Positions 23,157 to 31,963 of a DNA stretch of 32,000 bases are shown here, piece by piece. Below the pieces are notes generated by a model that was given only the letters and a program-made list of their open reading frames with translations, ran no database searches and was not told where the DNA came from. Origin of the DNA: Faecalibaculum rodentium (GTDB taxonomy: Bacteria > Bacillota_I > Bacilli_A > Erysipelotrichales > Erysipelotrichaceae); contig NZ_CP011391.1 of assembly GCF_001564455.1 (NCBI RefSeq), forward strand, positions 2,510,487 through 2,542,486, written 5' to 3'. The translations under genes and the position numbers were made by a program. The first letter of the stretch is position 1; every line of letters begins with the position of its first letter.

Positions 23157-23189
23157 GGCGCTAGTATCGTACCATGCTCCGCTTTGATT

Positions 23190-24428
23190 TCAATCATTTT
23201 TCCCTCCTGCAGCTTCATTCTGCAGACAGAGGCCTGCTTCCTTTGGAAAATACAGACGTCTGGAGACAGAGGGTTTCATGGTATCCAGTGCACTGACAAT
23301 GGCACTTTGATGTGACAGGTTCCGGACTTCGCCATCTGCACACAGTACCCGGATCTGTGCCCGGTCTTCATGGTAGGGAAGATAGACCTTGCTCCCGGAT
23401 ACATCCTCCCGGAGATAAAACAAAGTCGGCAGCCCGGCCTGTTCCAGCCGCTGACGGATCTGAAATTCCTGAGAAGGATCCGGTTCTTCGATCCAGTCAA
23501 ACAGCCGTCTGTTCAGCAGCCGGTCAGCCAGATCTGCCAGGATCCGGTCATCGGACACTGACGCCTGCTGCAGCCCGGTCACCAGCCGGTAATCATCCAG
23601 TTCCAGAAAACAGGTCAGTTCCGAAAGACGGAAGACATTTTCCAGAAGGTCGATTTTCAGCTGGCTTCGAACCTCACTGTAGCGGTCAAAAAACAGCTGC
23701 AGCATCACTTCATAGGCTCTGGCGACCGGGTGAAGATACACCTGCCAGTACATATGATATCTGGCCATGATATAGTCCTCCACCGAATGCATGCCGCTTT
23801 CCTTGATGCACAGGCGTCCGTTTTTGACCCGCAGACAGCGAAGAATGCGCTCCAGATCAAATGTCCCGTAACTGGTACCCGTCTCATAGGCATCCCGCAG
23901 CAGATAATCCATCCGGTCCGCATCCAGCTGACTGGAAATCAGGTCACATAACAGCGGATTGGGGCAGGTCCCCTGAATGACCGCCGCAACCTGTGCAGGG
24001 AGAGACGGGTCCGCTTCCGCCAGCACCGTGTGTATGTCTGTATTCTCGAGAATCAGACGCATGGTCATCTGCTCATGAGAACAGTGAGACAGACGTTCAA
24101 AGGAATGGGAGTACGGCCCGTGACCGACATCATGCAGCAGTGCCGCACACAGGACAACCAGTTTCTCCTGCCGGGACAGAGATCCACCGATATCAGGCAC
24201 TTCCTCCGTCATCCTGCGGACAATCTCATACACCCCCAGAGAATGGGAAAACCGGGAATGCTCCGCTGTGTGATACACCTGGAACACACCGCCCAGCTGC
24301 CGGATCCGCCGCAGTCTCTGAAATTCCGGGGTATCCAGCAGTCTCCAGATCACGGGACTGGTGATATGGATATATCCATGCACTGGATCCCGCAGAACCC
24401 GGGGCTCATTCAGGTTACTACCCGGCAT
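23190..24428 (-). CDS. HD-domain dNTP triphosphohydrolase-like protein (YwfO/dGTPase-like)
   Basis: VLRDPVHGYIHITSPVIWRLLDTPEFQRLRRIRQLGGVFQVYHTAEHSRFSHSLGVYEI... followed by AALLHDVGHGPYSH. Start uncertain: ATG at 24428 (overlaps the NUDIX stop by 11 nt) or ATG at 24461. Confidence 0.85.
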   Translation of the reverse strand: MPGSNLNEPRVLRDPVHGYIHITSPVIWRLLDTPEFQRLRRIRQLGGVFQVYHTAEHSRFSHSLGVYEIVRRMTEEVPDIGGSLSRQEKLVVLCAALLHDVGHGPYSHSFERLSHCSHEQMTMRLILENTDIHTVLAEADPSLPAQVAAVIQGTCPNPLLCDLISSQLDADRMDYLLRDAYETGTSYGTFDLERILRCLRVKNGRLCIKESGMHSVEDYIMARYHMYWQVYLHPVARAYEVMLQLFFDRYSEVRSQLKIDLLENVFRLSELTCFLELDDYRLVTGLQQASVSDDRILADLADRLLNRRLFDWIEEPDPSQEFQIRQRLEQAGLPTLFYLREDVSGSKVYLPYHEDRAQIRVLCADGEVRNLSHQSAIVSALDTMKPSVSRRLYFPKEAGLCLQNEAAGGKND

Positions 24429-24864
24429 CACCCTGCGGTCCTGTCTGCCGATGCAGCGCATCGCCTTCCATCCTGCGCTTCAGCGCCTCAACCAGATGAC
24501 GGTCGGACTCAAAGAAATGCCAGTCATAAATATGATCGGGTGTCGTCCAGACCATGTCATCATGTACACGCAGTTCCGGGTCCTGTGTACTCGTGCAGGT
24601 ATAGCACCGAAGACGGATCAGTCCATCCGGCTGCCGGTCCTCTCCGTCGGCAAGCCACTGGATATCCGTGATTTCCATCCCCAGTTCCTCCTGCCATTCC
24701 CGTTTCAGTGCCTCCGGACCGGTTTCTCCCGGCTCCACTTTCCCTCCCGGAAATTCATACCAGCCCCCGGACACATCTGAAACCCGGCGGGCAATCATCA
24801 CCTTTCCGTTCCGGATCAGCGCGCCGCAGACCACATCAACTGTTTTCACCAGAGTCTCCTTCAT
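24418..24864 (-). CDS. NUDIX hydrolase (MutT / 8-oxo-dGTP diphosphatase-like)
   Basis: Nudix box GGKVEPGETGPEALKREWQEELGMEI. I prefer the ATG at 24864 (GGAGGA 9 nt upstream). The ORF-track start is 24912. Confidence 0.85.
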   Translation of the reverse strand: MKETLVKTVDVVCGALIRNGKVMIARRVSDVSGGWYEFPGGKVEPGETGPEALKREWQEELGMEITDIQWLADGEDRQPDGLIRLRCYTCTSTQDPELRVHDDMVWTTPDHIYDWHFFESDRHLVEALKRRMEGDALHRQTGPQGDAG

Positions 24865-25138
24865 CCCCCGGCGTCCTCCGATTTTCGATCCTGGTTTCTT
24901 CCACCACTTCAAACAGCAGAGCCGCTGCAGCTTTGGATACCTGTTTCTTCACATCCAGGATCCGTACAGTCAGACGCCTGTTTCCGAATTCCAGCACCAG
25001 CATATCTCCGGTCTCCACCTCTGTGCCCGGCTTTGCGCGGCGGCCATTCACCGTGATGCGCCCCTGCAGAGCCAGCTCCTTTGCCGCTTCCCGGCGTTTC
25101 AGGATCCGGGCCGTTTTCAGATATTTGTCCAGTCTCAT
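24836..25138 (-). CDS. S4-domain RNA-binding protein (YabO/RqcP, Hsp15-like)
   Basis: MRLDKYLKTARILKRREAAKELALQGRITVNGRRAKPG is the S4 alpha-L motif. It is small (100 aa) and lies directly downstream of mfd. AAGGAG RBS 7 nt upstream. Confidence 0.85.
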   Translation of the reverse strand: MRLDKYLKTARILKRREAAKELALQGRITVNGRRAKPGTEVETGDMLVLEFGNRRLTVRILDVKKQVSKAAAALLFEVVEETRIENRRTPGDEGDSGENS

Positions 25139-25139
25139 A

Positions 25140-28100
25140 TTATTCTCCTTTCGCGGTTTTTTTCAGCGAGTCCTGCATCAGGAGCTTCGAAAGCTCCAGC
25201 AGCAGGTGTACCGGCCGACGGCTCTTGCGATCCACCAGGATTTCTATCTGACCGCTTTTCATCCGCAGCTTCACCTGTCTGGACAGGGCCGAGACCTCCT
25301 CAAACAGCCTGCGCCCATCCACACTGCCAGACCAGGCGGCATCCATCGTCACGACATAGGCAGCCGGTGTTTCTTTCAGACCCGCCACGCCTGGCTGCAT
25401 GACAAAGAGATCCAGCCGCCTCTGTTCGAACAGCTCCATGACATCTTTCGGGATCCGTCCAAAGAGATCCGTCACGCGGCTTTCACAGGCCTCCAGCTGC
25501 TGCGGTGTTTTTGCATCCCGGATTTCCTGATACAGAGCCAGTTTGTCCCCGTCATTGTCGGTGAATCCCGCCGGAATATATCCCCCAATGCTGATGGCCG
25601 CCGACTTCTCCGGTTCTTTTTTCACAGGCATTCTTCCCTGTTTGCGGGCAATCGCCTCGGACAGCATCTCCAGATACAGATCCAGACCGACCTGGTCGAT
25701 GAACCCGGCCTGCTGCGGTCCCAACATGTCGCCAGCACCCCGGATGGTCAGATCCCGCATGGCAATCTTGTACCCCGATCCCAGCTGCGTGAATTCCCGG
25801 ATGGACCGCAGCCGTTTTGCGGCCTGTTCCGTGATCTGCTTCCTGGGCTGCACCATGAGATAACAATAGGCGATCCTGTCTCTGCGCCCCACCCGTCCCC
25901 GGATCTGGTAGAGCTGGGACAGACCGAAATGATCGGCATCTTCGATGATCATGGTATTGGCATTTTCTATATCCAGGCCCGTTTCAATGATGGTCGTGCA
26001 GACCAGGATCTTATATTTCCCCTTGGCAAAATCCAGCATCACCTGCTCAATGTCATCCCGGCTCATCCGGCCATGCGCGACGCCGACCGGTGCATCGGGA
26101 AACTGTGCCTGCAGGTGGGCAGCCACGGCGTTGATGTTCGATACATGATTGTAGAGATAGAACACCTGTCCATCCCTGGCCAGTTCCCGGGCAATGACTT
26201 CCTGCACCACCGTGCTCCGTTTCTCCATGACATATGTCTGAATGGGATGACGGTGTGCCGGCGGTGTATTGAGCTGGGAAATGGTCCGCACGCCGATCAG
26301 CGACATCTGCAGAGTTCTGGGAATGGGGGTGGCGGACAGTGACAGGACGTCAATTGAGTTTTTCATCTCCTTGATTTTTTCCTTGTGCTCCACCCCGAAC
26401 CGCTGCTCCTCGTCAATGATCAGGAATCCCAGGTCTTTGTACTGAATGGTTTTCGACAGCAGTTTGTGGGTGCCCACCACGATATCCACCGTTCCATCCT
26501 TCAGTCCCTTTCGGATTTCCTTCAGCTTTTTTTCCGGGGTAAACCGGCTCACCATCTCAATTCTTGCCCCTGTGTATTCGAACCGTTTTTCCAGGGTCTT
26601 GTAATGCTGCAGTGCCAGTACGGTGGTCGGACAAAGGAACGCCACCTGTTTTCCGCTTTCGATGGCCTTGAAGGCACAGCGCATCGCCACTTCTGTTTTT
26701 CCAAATCCCACATCCCCGCACAAAAGGTGATCCATCGGCTTGGCTTTTTCCATTTCTGCCTTGATCTCCGCCGTTGCCTGGAGCTGGTCCGGGGTTGGCG
26801 TGTAGGGAAATGCCTCATCAAACTCCACCTGCAGGGCGTCATCCTTCGGAAAGGCAAAGCCGATCTCTTCATTTCTCTCGGCATACAGCTCCACCAGCCG
26901 TCCTGCGATTTCCTCGACCTTCTGACTGACTCGTTCCCGGGTTTTCTGCCACTGGCCGGATCCAAGCTGAGACAGCCTGACACCAGTCCCTTCCTTGGAG
27001 ATGTACTTGCGGACGAGCTGGAACTGCGCCAGAGGAACAAACAGTTCGTCCTGTCCCCTGTAGGCAATATGCAGATAATCCTGAATGCGGCCTTTCTGCG
27101 TCCGCTGCACGGTTCCAAGATACTGCCCGATTCCATACTGACTGTGCACTACATAGTCTCCCGGCTCCAGTTCCAGGACATTGGAGAGCATCTGTCCTTC
27201 CTTGAACGTCTTCTGATACCGATGGTGACGGACAGGCTTGGAAAACAGTTCCCGGGACGTATACACATCGAAGTCTTCCGTTCTGAATCCTTCGTAATAC
27301 CAGCCCTCGACCCGGCGGATTTTCCTGCCTTCGGCGCGGTCTTTCAGCAGCTTTGCCTCTGTGTCACTGACGGCAAACCAGGTCTGTTCCCGCATGTTCT
27401 TCAGAAAAATATCCAGTGGCTCCCGGACTTCATCCACAGGCCGGATTCCGGACACAATGGGATCCTTCAGGTCTTCAAACTGATGAATGACCTGGAACGG
27501 CCGCTGTTTTTCAAGAGTCACCAGATCATGAAACAGTGTATAGACCGGAAGACTACGGTTTTCTGTCACCAGTTCCTGCACAAAGGCAGTATTTTCGGTG
27601 CGAATCTTTTTCTCCGCCAGGAACACTTCTTCTTCGCTGGAGAGAATGACAGTTCCCGGGACGTAATCCAGCAGACTGGCTGCAGATGTCAGGGAAAACA
27701 TCCTGTACAGACTGGCAGCAGTGTCATATGTCCGCAGCCCCCGAAGGTCTTCCTCCACCTGTTCCGTGAGGCTCCGGGCCGCTTCCTCATCCAGACGGGC
27801 CACTGCAGTTTTCAGAAGGTCCCGGGCTTTTGTTTCTATTTCAGCCAGCTGATTCTCTGTGAACAGCAGATCGGTGGCCGGAACGATTCTTACGCAGTCC
27901 GTGGTATGAATGGTACGCTGTGAATTCTCATCGAAGAAACGGATTGAGTCGATTTCTGTGTCAAAAAACTCGATCCGGACCGGATGATCGTATTCCAGCG
28001 TGAATATATCCACGATTCCTCCCCGGCTTGCGTAGGTCAGAGGACGGTCCACATAATTCACCTTTGAATATCCGGCTCTGTTGAGCGCTTTTTTCAGGGA

Positions 28101-28535
28101 CGCCATATCCAGTTCCATTCCCGGTTTCAGGTCAAAAATCAGGGAAGCAAACAGGTCTTTGTCCGGAAGAAAGCGCAGAAAGCCGGCTGTGTTCGTGATG
28201 ATCAGACGTGGTTTTTCATCAGTTGCCAGCTGCTGCAGCACATCCAGCTGTTCTTCCTTCTCCTCGGGACTGGAAGCGATTTCCTGTACCCGCAGACTTT
28301 CGTCGCTGGTAAACAGCAGCACATCCTCCACCAGCGGATTGAGTCTTGCATACAGCTGCTGTGCCGCATAGCGGTCTTTCTTTATGATGATCCGGGTTTT
28401 TCTGTCAGCAGAAAAGGCACTGGCAAGGACCAGTGCTTCTTCCATGGGAAACAGATTCCCAAGCCTGTTTTCTCCGTCCATGAGTGCATGGACAGCAGGG
28501 TTGTGTTTGAGCCAGTCTCGAATTTCCTGTGTCAT
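25140..28535 (-). CDS. mfd: Transcription-repair coupling factor
   Basis: About 1130 aa. UvrB-homology N-region, CarD/RID-type segment (GDYVVHSQYGIGQY), superfamily-2 helicase motifs (GDVGFGKTEVA, IIDEEQRFG, LSATPIPRT) and a TRCF C-domain. I prefer the ATG at 28535. The ORF-track TTG at 28541 is an alternative. Confidence 0.96.
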   Translation of the reverse strand: MTQEIRDWLKHNPAVHALMDGENRLGNLFPMEEALVLASAFSADRKTRIIIKKDRYAAQQLYARLNPLVEDVLLFTSDESLRVQEIASSPEEKEEQLDVLQQLATDEKPRLIITNTAGFLRFLPDKDLFASLIFDLKPGMELDMASLKKALNRAGYSKVNYVDRPLTYASRGGIVDIFTLEYDHPVRIEFFDTEIDSIRFFDENSQRTIHTTDCVRIVPATDLLFTENQLAEIETKARDLLKTAVARLDEEAARSLTEQVEEDLRGLRTYDTAASLYRMFSLTSAASLLDYVPGTVILSSEEEVFLAEKKIRTENTAFVQELVTENRSLPVYTLFHDLVTLEKQRPFQVIHQFEDLKDPIVSGIRPVDEVREPLDIFLKNMREQTWFAVSDTEAKLLKDRAEGRKIRRVEGWYYEGFRTEDFDVYTSRELFSKPVRHHRYQKTFKEGQMLSNVLELEPGDYVVHSQYGIGQYLGTVQRTQKGRIQDYLHIAYRGQDELFVPLAQFQLVRKYISKEGTGVRLSQLGSGQWQKTRERVSQKVEEIAGRLVELYAERNEEIGFAFPKDDALQVEFDEAFPYTPTPDQLQATAEIKAEMEKAKPMDHLLCGDVGFGKTEVAMRCAFKAIESGKQVAFLCPTTVLALQHYKTLEKRFEYTGARIEMVSRFTPEKKLKEIRKGLKDGTVDIVVGTHKLLSKTIQYKDLGFLIIDEEQRFGVEHKEKIKEMKNSIDVLSLSATPIPRTLQMSLIGVRTISQLNTPPAHRHPIQTYVMEKRSTVVQEVIARELARDGQVFYLYNHVSNINAVAAHLQAQFPDAPVGVAHGRMSRDDIEQVMLDFAKGKYKILVCTTIIETGLDIENANTMIIEDADHFGLSQLYQIRGRVGRRDRIAYCYLMVQPRKQITEQAAKRLRSIREFTQLGSGYKIAMRDLTIRGAGDMLGPQQAGFIDQVGLDLYLEMLSEAIARKQGRMPVKKEPEKSAAISIGGYIPAGFTDNDGDKLALYQEIRDAKTPQQLEACESRVTDLFGRIPKDVMELFEQRRLDLFVMQPGVAGLKETPAAYVVTMDAAWSGSVDGRRLFEEVSALSRQVKLRMKSGQIEILVDRKSRRPVHLLLELSKLLMQDSLKKTAKGE

Positions 28536-28542
28536 GGGCAAA

Positions 28543-29109
28543 TCATACCTTTTTTGCGTTGTAACTGTTCATGGCATGCATGGTTCCATTCAGGATGATG
28601 TCTTCAGCTGCTTTTGCGGCAGCATCCAAAGCGGTCTGAAGATCCTGCTTCTGTTCGGAAGGGAACTTGCCCAGGACCCAGCCAATCATCGGAATTTGCG
28701 GATCTTTGCCGATTCCAATGCGTATTCTGTCAAATTCATTCGTAAATATGCAGTGTATGACGCTTTTTACTCCATTATGTCCGCCAGCGCTCCCTTTCTG
28801 GCGTATTCTGATTTTTCCCACAGGCAAATCAACATCATCATAGAGAATCACCACATCCTGGGGAGAGGCCTTGTAGTAATCCAGGCACTGCCGCAGCGCG
28901 ATTCCCGAGTCATTCATATAGGTCTGCGGCTTCAGCAGCACCACATCTTCGCCGTTGATTTTGCCTTTAGCAAACTGGCTCGAAAATTTCTCCTGTGAAA
29001 AAACCAGACTCAGCCGGTCTGCCAGCTCATCCACAGCCATAAATCCGGCATTGTGCCGGGTGTTTTCATATTTTGTCCCTGGATTTCCCAGTCCTGCTAT
29101 GATTTTCAT
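28543..29109 (-). CDS. pth: Peptidyl-tRNA hydrolase
   Basis: MKIIAGLGNPGTKYENTRHNAGF... followed by GGHNG are the canonical Pth motifs. AAAGGAG RBS 8 nt upstream. Confidence 0.96.
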   Translation of the reverse strand: MKIIAGLGNPGTKYENTRHNAGFMAVDELADRLSLVFSQEKFSSQFAKGKINGEDVVLLKPQTYMNDSGIALRQCLDYYKASPQDVVILYDDVDLPVGKIRIRQKGSAGGHNGVKSVIHCIFTNEFDRIRIGIGKDPQIPMIGWVLGKFPSEQKQDLQTALDAAAKAAEDIILNGTMHAMNSYNAKKV

Positions 29110-29182
29110 CTGTTATACTCCTTTGCACTATGAATCGTATAGTTCGGCTCTGGCAGGCAGCCTGAGCATTTGTCATCAACAG

Positions 29183-29205
29183 AAAAAACGGGAGTGTCTC
29201 CCGTT
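29183..29205 (-). terminator. Rho-independent terminator after jag
   Basis: Minus strand: AACGGGAG-ACA-CTCCCGTT hairpin (29205-29187) overlapping and followed by the T-run TTTTTT (29188-29183), 5 nt after the jag stop. Confidence 0.7.
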
Positions 29206-29209
29206 CGTG

Positions 29210-29839
29210 TTATTCTGTTTCCTTGCCGGGCGTATAGAGAATATGAAGCCGTCTTGCTGCTCCTTCTCCCTCGCTTTTTGTGGAGATGTCCTTCATATCA
29301 GCCAGTGCATTGTGAATGACTTTCCGTTCGTCGGCAGGCATCGGATCCAGGACTGCATCCACCTTTGTCCGTCTGACATCCCTGGCCTGTCGGATGGCCA
29401 TTCTGGTCAGCTTTTCATAGCGGTCCTGTTTATAACCGTTCACATCGATCAGGAGACGGATTCTTTTTCTGAACTGTGCAGAGACAGCGGATTTGACCAG
29501 GCGGTTGAATGCCTGGAGGCTCTTGCCGGCTCTTCCGATGAGAATGGCATTGTTGGCAGTATCCACCGTGATCCGGTAGAATCCGTCTTTGTCCTGTTCG
29601 ATTTCTGTTGTTCCATCCAGGCCGGCATTCTCAAAGTACGTCTGGATATAGTCGCGGATGAATGTCCGGACATCTTTCTCACACCAGACTTCCACTTCCA
29701 CCGTTCGTCCTATACCGAGAAATCCGGCTTTTTCTTCCGTCACTGTATAGGCAAGTTCCTCGACAGAACACTCTTTGTCTGCGGCGGCCGCCTGCAGGGC
29801 TTCTTCCAGCGTCTTGCCTGTAAATCTGGAAAACTCCAT
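29210..29839 (-). CDS. jag: RNA-binding protein Jag/KhpB (Jag_N + KH + R3H domains)
   Basis: N-terminal MEFSRFTGKTLEEALQAAAADKECSVEELAYTV (Jag_N), a central KH-like region, and C-terminal ...PMPADERKVIHNAL (R3H). Located downstream of yidC as in B. subtilis. Confidence 0.9.
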   Translation of the reverse strand: MEFSRFTGKTLEEALQAAAADKECSVEELAYTVTEEKAGFLGIGRTVEVEVWCEKDVRTFIRDYIQTYFENAGLDGTTEIEQDKDGFYRITVDTANNAILIGRAGKSLQAFNRLVKSAVSAQFRKRIRLLIDVNGYKQDRYEKLTRMAIRQARDVRRTKVDAVLDPMPADERKVIHNALADMKDISTKSEGEGAARRLHILYTPGKETE

Positions 29840-29860
29840 ACTGTTCCCTCTTTCGATTCG

Positions 29861-30874
29861 CTACGCAGCTTTCTTCTGCTGCTTCTTCATCAGAACGAAA
29901 TGCATATACAGCTGCATGAGAGATCTGACACAGCTGGACACAAACCAGTAGAAAGACATGGCAATGGGCCAGGACAGGTACATGAAGGCAATCATGGCTG
30001 TGGTGAAGTACATGGTCATGTTCATGGTGCTGGCCATGGGGTTGTCGTTTTCCTTGAGATATTTCTTCCGGCGGACTCCGTTTTTCTTGTCATCGTACTT
30101 TTTCAGCCACTGCGGAAGTTTCAGGGACACGATCTGCATGACGATCATAAGCAGATAAATGATGATCGGGCCCCATTGCACACTGCCGGTTCCCAGGCTC
30201 TTGAATGCTTCGATCGGGGTTTCCGACAGAGACATTCCGAGGAAAGATCCATAGACGACTGCACTGGCCCGCATGGTGGCATAATACATGCCCATCATGA
30301 TTGGCAGCTGTATGAAGGTCACCAGAATGGTCCCAAAGGGATGGATGTCGTACTTCTGGTAAATCTTCTGGGTCTCCTGCGCCATCAGCATCCGGGACCG
30401 GTCGTCTGTCTTGTCTTTGTATTTGTTCTGGATTCTGGTCAGCTCAGGCTGAATTTCCTGCATCCGCTGGGAAGCCAGCTGGGATTTATACGTGAATGCG
30501 AACACAACGAGCTGAATGAGCAGCGTCGCCAGAATGATGCCGACACCGGCATCCGTCCAGCTGGCGAATACGTTGATCAGCTGGGCGATCGGCCACACAA
30601 TGAGGCCGTCGAACCAGCTCTGCGACAACGTTGCTCCAAAGCCGGTGGGTTCGATCGTGATCGTGTCACTGTCTTTGAGTTTGCCGTATTCCTTTTTCAG
30701 TGTTTCATCACCGATTTCGGTGGTATTGACCTGACTCTTCGGAATTTCAATTTTTTCACTTGCAATGATCTGGTCTACTTTGGTCTTTCCGTCTGTACCC
30801 CGGGGTGCTGAACAGCCTGCCAGCCCCATGAGGACAAATCCGCAAAGAAAGAGAATCTTCCATTTACTGCGCAT
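29861..30874 (-). CDS. yidC: Membrane protein insertase YidC/SpoIIIJ (lipoprotein type)
   Basis: Start MRSKWKILFLCGFVLMGLAGC at 30874 (lipobox LAGC; AAGGGGGA RBS 9 nt upstream). It has a 60-kDa-IMP core with a basic C-terminal tail. The ORF-track start at 30931 overlaps rnpA extensively. Confidence 0.92.
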   Translation of the reverse strand: MRSKWKILFLCGFVLMGLAGCSAPRGTDGKTKVDQIIASEKIEIPKSQVNTTEIGDETLKKEYGKLKDSDTITIEPTGFGATLSQSWFDGLIVWPIAQLINVFASWTDAGVGIILATLLIQLVVFAFTYKSQLASQRMQEIQPELTRIQNKYKDKTDDRSRMLMAQETQKIYQKYDIHPFGTILVTFIQLPIMMGMYYATMRASAVVYGSFLGMSLSETPIEAFKSLGTGSVQWGPIIIYLLMIVMQIVSLKLPQWLKKYDDKKNGVRRKKYLKENDNPMASTMNMTMYFTTAMIAFMYLSWPIAMSFYWFVSSCVRSLMQLYMHFVLMKKQQKKAA

Positions 30875-31232
30875 AGTTGCGGTTCCCCCTTTTTTTGTTT
30901 CGGTTAGTCTGGCCGAGACGTTTTCTGGCACTCCGGAGTTCTTCCAGGTTTTCCTGATAGGAGTGCCGGGCGTAAACAGGCCGGATGATTAAAATCGTAT
31001 CATAGTCCTCATCGAATTGAAATATGCAATCCACCATGGAACGTACCTGCCGCTTGACAAGATTCCGGTGGACTGCATTGCCGAGTTTCTTTCCCACTGA
31101 AATGCCGACTCTGGCCCTCTTTCCTGCCCTTGGCTGCCAGTAGAGGATGAAGGATGGCGTTTTGACGATATGCCGCTGGGAAATGATGGAGGAAAACTCC
31201 CGGTTTTTTAAAATTCTGTCTGCTTTTTTCAT
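30864..31232 (-). CDS. rnpA: Ribonuclease P protein component
   Basis: ...LKNREFSSIISQRHIVKTPSFILYWQPRAGKRARVGISVGKKLGNAVHRNLVKRQVR is the RnpA RNR motif region. Located downstream of rpmH. Confidence 0.93.
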   Translation of the reverse strand: MKKADRILKNREFSSIISQRHIVKTPSFILYWQPRAGKRARVGISVGKKLGNAVHRNLVKRQVRSMVDCIFQFDEDYDTILIIRPVYARHSYQENLEELRSARKRLGQTNRNKKRGNRNYAQ

Positions 31233-31250
31233 TCTGATTCTGCCAATCGC

Positions 31251-31274
31251 AAAAAAATCACCTTCCGGTGATTT
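31251..31274 (-). terminator. Hairpin plus U-tract between rpmH and rnpA (terminator/attenuator)
   Basis: Minus strand: AAATCACC-GGAA-GGTGATTT (31274-31255), overlapping and followed by the T-run TTTTTTT (31257-31251), immediately after the rpmH stop. Confidence 0.6.
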
Positions 31275-31409
31275 CTATGCGGATAATACTTTTCTGCCTT
31301 TCGCACGTCTGCGGGAAAGTACCCGGCGACCGCCGACTGTTGCCATGCGGGCGCGGAACCCATGCGTTCTCTGATGCTTGATTTTGCTCGGCTGATATGT
31401 TCTTTTCAT
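31275..31409 (-). CDS. rpmH: 50S ribosomal protein L34
   Basis: Too short for the ORF track. My translation is [44 protein letters not shown], the canonical 44-aa L34. GGGGGTG RBS 7 nt upstream. Confidence 0.97.
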   Translation of the reverse strand: MKRTYQPSKIKHQRTHGFRARMATVGGRRVLSRRRAKGRKVLSA

Positions 31410-31462
31410 TCGTCTACACCCCCGGTCTGCCCTTGCTTCTAGTCACATAAGATTGCTTCATG

Positions 31463-31492
31463 ATTATATGCACTGTCAATGTTCTCTGTCAA
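31463..31492 (-). promoter_or_regulatory. Candidate sigma-A promoter of rpmH-rnpA
   Basis: Minus strand: TTGACA (31492-31487), 18-nt spacer, TATAAT (31468-31463). Both hexamers are perfect. About 54 nt upstream of the rpmH ATG. Confidence 0.6.
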
Positions 31493-31554
31493 ACAAAAAG
31501 GGAAAAAATACGCGAGTCCGGGATCACGGCTCGTCATTCACTACCTTAATATAT

Positions 31555-31935
31555 ATGCAGTATCCCCAATACTAGAATAAAATAGGACACAGTTTGCAGA
31601 TTTTATTCCCTGGTTTTCCCCATCTTTTAATTGTTTTCCCCATAGTTTTCCCCTGACTGCAGTAAGCGGACTTGAACTATCGTATTATTCGGGGACTATT
31701 CCCGGTGATTATCCCCTGATTCCTGTATATGCCCTGCAAGGTTTTCCCCGATATTTTACAGATGGGGAAAAGTTGGGGGAAAACTCACTCAACCCCTGCA
31801 ATTAAAAGGGATTCCGAGTGAAAATGGCTGGGATAAGTCGGGGGGAAGGGGGAAAAACTGTCAGGCACTTCTACCCGGTTATCCCCATGGGGAGAAAAAA
31901 AGCCCCATTCCCGGAAAAGTTTTCCCCGGGAAAAC
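31555..31935. other. Chromosomal replication origin region (oriC, rpmH-dnaA spacer) with a cluster of DnaA-box-like 9-mers
   Basis: Twelve T[T/A/C]TCCCC-core 9-mers. Forward: 31560 GTATCCCCA, 31614 TTTTCCCCA, 31634 TTTTCCCCA, 31646 TTTTCCCCT, 31709 TTATCCCCT, 31742 TTTTCCCCG, 31879 TTATCCCCA, 31920 TTTTCCCCG. Reverse: 31763 TGGGGAAAA, 31775 GGGGGAAAA, 31848 GGGGGAAAA, 31888 TGGGGAGAA. AT-rich patches at 31546-31556 and 31571-31586. The position between rpmH and an ATG at 31997 fits the conserved rpmH-oriC-dnaA layout. Confidence 0.7.
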
Positions 31936-31963
31936 CTGATTACGAACTGCTTTTTTGTATAAT
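31935..31963 (+). promoter_or_regulatory. Candidate dnaA promoter
   Basis: Perfect TATAAT at 31958-31963. The -35 is weak (CCTGAT/TGATTA around 31935-31941). Downstream are GGAAAGGAA and an ATG at 31997, 4 nt before the window ends. DnaA-box-like motifs lie just upstream, which suggests autoregulation. Confidence 0.35.

Noticed and set aside
23157-23189. Searched for a T-box or other leader upstream of argS / DUF1934.
   Set aside because: The gaps are only 33 nt (HD gene to DUF1934) and 5 nt (DUF1934 to argS), so there is no room for a T-box. argS appears to be transcribed from further upstream.
31147-31374. + strand ORF 31147-31374 (75 aa) spanning the rnpA 5' end and rpmH.
   Set aside because: It is antisense to two canonical, highly conserved genes (rnpA, rpmH) and to their intergenic terminator, and it has no RBS.
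31555-31935. The dense short repeats (TTTTCCCC / GGGGAAAA), considered as a CRISPR array or minisatellite.
   Set aside because: - The repeats are only 8-9 bp, occur in both orientations and have irregular spacing.
- The location between rpmH and the presumed dnaA start fits DnaA boxes, not CRISPR repeat-spacer architecture.
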